64,000 nt of DNA, taken from assembly GCA_008690995.1 (NCBI GenBank), contig VRMN01000011.1, forward strand, positions 62,001 to 126,000, given 5' to 3'. This document shows, piece after piece, positions 62,187-64,000 of this stretch. How positions within the stretch are numbered: the stretch's first letter is position 1; each line of letters opens with the position of its first letter. This DNA comes from Porphyridium purpureum. Its lineage: Eukaryota. A program made the translations under genes and the position numbers. The notes below the pieces were generated by a model. It was not told the origin of the DNA. It made no database searches and saw only the letters and a list, made by a program, of their open reading frames with translations.

Positions 62187-64000
62187 ATGGCGGGGCGCGG
62201 GAGTTCGTTGGTGCGCACGCAGTGGCGGAACCTGGTGAGCTGTAATGCGCGCCGAGGGCTGTCGACTGGCGCTGCGTCGGATGGCGCCGCGGGGCAGGTG
62301 ATCGGGATCGATTTGGGCACCACAAACTCGTGCGTGGCGGTCATGCAGGGCAAGTCCGCGCGAGTGATAGAGAATGCTGAGGGGCAGCGCACGACGCCGT
62401 CAGTGGTCGCGTTTGCGCCAGACGGTGAGATGCTTGTGGGCGCTCCGGCCAAGCGCCAGGCCATTACCAACTCGGAGAATACCTTGTTTGCTATCAAGCG
62501 CCTGATTGGCCATCGATTCACAGATCCAGAGACTCAAAAGGATGTCAAGACCATGCCATTCAAGATTGTGCCCGCGGACAACGGAGACGCCTGGGTGGAG
62601 GCCAACGGCCAGAAGTACTCGCCTTCCCAGATTGGCGCCTTTGTGTTGAGCAAAATGAAGAAGACGGCGGAGGACTTTCTGGGCCAGAACGTAACCAACG
62701 CGGTTGTGACCGTTCCGGCGTATTTCAATGATGCTCAGCGACAGGCCACCAAAGATGCTGGACAGATTGCCGGTCTCAATGTCATGCGTATTATCAACGA
62801 GCCCACCGCGGCGGCGCTCGCGTACGGTATGGATGAGGCAGACGGGAAGGTCATCGCGGTGTACGACCTGGGTGGCGGTACCTTTGATGTGTCTATTCTC
62901 GAGATTTCTGGCGGAGTGTTTGAAGTCAAGTCGACCAACGGTGACACCCATTTGGGCGGAGAGGACTTTGACCAGCGTTTGCTCGAGTTCCTGATCACCG
63001 AGTTCAAGAGGGATAAGAGCATTGACCTCTCGCGAGACAAGCTCGCGCTTCAGCGCTTGCGCGAGGCCGCGGAGCGTGCCAAGATCGAGTTATCGTCCAC
63101 GCCGCAGACTGAGATCAACCTGCCGTTCATTTCAGCAGATCAGTCTGGGCCTGTGCATCTCAACATGAAGCTCACGCGCGCCAAGTTCCAGGATTTGGTG
63201 GGTGACCTGGTTCATCGCACGCTGGGGCCAATGAAGAGCTGCTTACGCGACGCGTCGATCAAGGTGGCAGACGTGACTGAGGTTCTGCTGGTGGGTGGTA
63301 TGACACGCATGCCCGCCGTGCAAGAGACAGTGAAGGAGTTTTTCAAAAAGGCACCGAGCAAGGGCGTGAACCCGGACGAGGTGGTCGCTATGGGCGCCGC
63401 CATCCAGGGAGGCGTGTTGCGCGGCGACGTCAAGGACATTTTGCTGTTAGACGTGACGCCTCTGTCACTGGGCATTGAAACACTCGGCGGCGTGTTCACG
63501 CGCTTGATCAACCGTAACACGACCATCCCGACGAAGAAGGGCCAGACCTTCAGTACCGCCGCGGACGGTCAAACGCAGGTCGGTATCAAGGTGCTGCAGG
63601 GCGAGCGCGAAATGGCCGCCGACAACAAGATCCTCGGCCAATTTGACCTGATTGGCATTCCTCCGGCGCCGCGTGGGACGCCACAGATTGAGGTGTCGTT
63701 TGACATTGACGCGAACGGTATTATGCACGTATCTGCTAAGGACAAGGCCACAGGAAAGGAACAGAGCATCCGCATCCAGAGCTCAGGCGGGCTGTCGGAG
63801 TCGGATATTCAGGAAATGGTTAGGAATGCTGAGAGCTACGCTGAGGAAGACAAGAAGCGACGCGAGAAAGTGGAGCACCGCAACACCTTGGAGAACCTTG
63901 TGTATCAGGCCGAAAAGTCGCTCAAGGACTACCGCGACAAGTTGAACGCCGAGCAGATCGAGAAGATCGAGGTCGCCATTTCCGAGGCGCGGGACGCTTC
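62187..64000 (+). CDS. HSP70: Mitochondrial Hsp70 (DnaK type), truncated by the window end
   Basis: Hand translation: [27 protein letters not shown] presequence, then [36 protein letters not shown]. Missing from the ORF track because it has no stop in the window. Confidence 0.96.
   Translation, partial: MAGRGSSLVRTQWRNLVSCNARRGLSTGAASDGAAGQVIGIDLGTTNSCVAVMQGKSARVIENAEGQRTTPSVVAFAPDGEMLVGAPAKRQAITNSENTLFAIKRLIGHRFTDPETQKDVKTMPFKIVPADNGDAWVEANGQKYSPSQIGAFVLSKMKKTAEDFLGQNVTNAVVTVPAYFNDAQRQATKDAGQIAGLNVMRIINEPTAAALAYGMDEADGKVIAVYDLGGGTFDVSILEISGGVFEVKSTNGDTHLGGEDFDQRLLEFLITEFKRDKSIDLSRDKLALQRLREAAERAKIELSSTPQTEINLPFISADQSGPVHLNMKLTRAKFQDLVGDLVHRTLGPMKSCLRDASIKVADVTEVLLVGGMTRMPAVQETVKEFFKKAPSKGVNPDEVVAMGAAIQGGVLRGDVKDILLLDVTPLSLGIETLGGVFTRLINRNTTIPTKKGQTFSTAADGQTQVGIKVLQGEREMAADNKILGQFDLIGIPPAPRGTPQIEVSFDIDANGIMHVSAKDKATGKEQSIRIQSSGGLSESDIQEMVRNAESYAEEDKKRREKVEHRNTLENLVYQAEKSLKDYRDKLNAEQIEKIEVAISEARDA

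Noticed and set aside
61961..63775. Several minus-strand ORFs opposite Hsp70
   Set aside because: Antisense shadow ORFs are a well-known feature of hsp70/dnaK genes; the real frame is on the plus strand from 62187.
1..64000. tRNA, rRNA, snRNA or snoRNA genes
   Set aside because: No T-loop/cloverleaf or conserved snRNA signature was seen by eye; an Infernal or tRNAscan run is needed to exclude them.

Overview
Gene-dense, almost intron-free eukaryotic nuclear DNA. Plastid- and mitochondrion-targeted proteins, MAFV-type transit peptides and purine-rich leaders suggest a unicellular red alga of the Porphyridium type (inference, no search run). About 33 protein genes are supportable, including APS kinase, EndoV, a RING E3, PLMT, RtcA, Nop56, RPN5, 1-Cys Prx, an inositol 5-phosphatase, an ABC1/beta-lactamase fusion, a spliced TOM5, UNC-50, QueC, SLX1, DAD1, eIF1, NFX1, DDX51, ClpB and mtHsp70. 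No tRNA, rRNA or CRISPR array was seen. Main findings: (1) a complete bacterial-type QueC (preQ0 synthase) with a mitochondrial-like presequence, although eukaryotes are regarded as queuine auxotrophs; (2) head-to-head with it, a calcineurin-A-like phosphatase fused to its own EF-hands; (3) an otherwise intact RtcA split by one in-frame TAG; (4) a candidate bicistronic or overlapping three-gene knot; (5) a recurrent upstream GTACAGT motif plus tandem AACNG arrays; (6) a BED-like zinc finger fused to EF-hands; (7) a perfect HSE between divergent ClpB and Hsp70. All family assignments come from motif recognition by eye.
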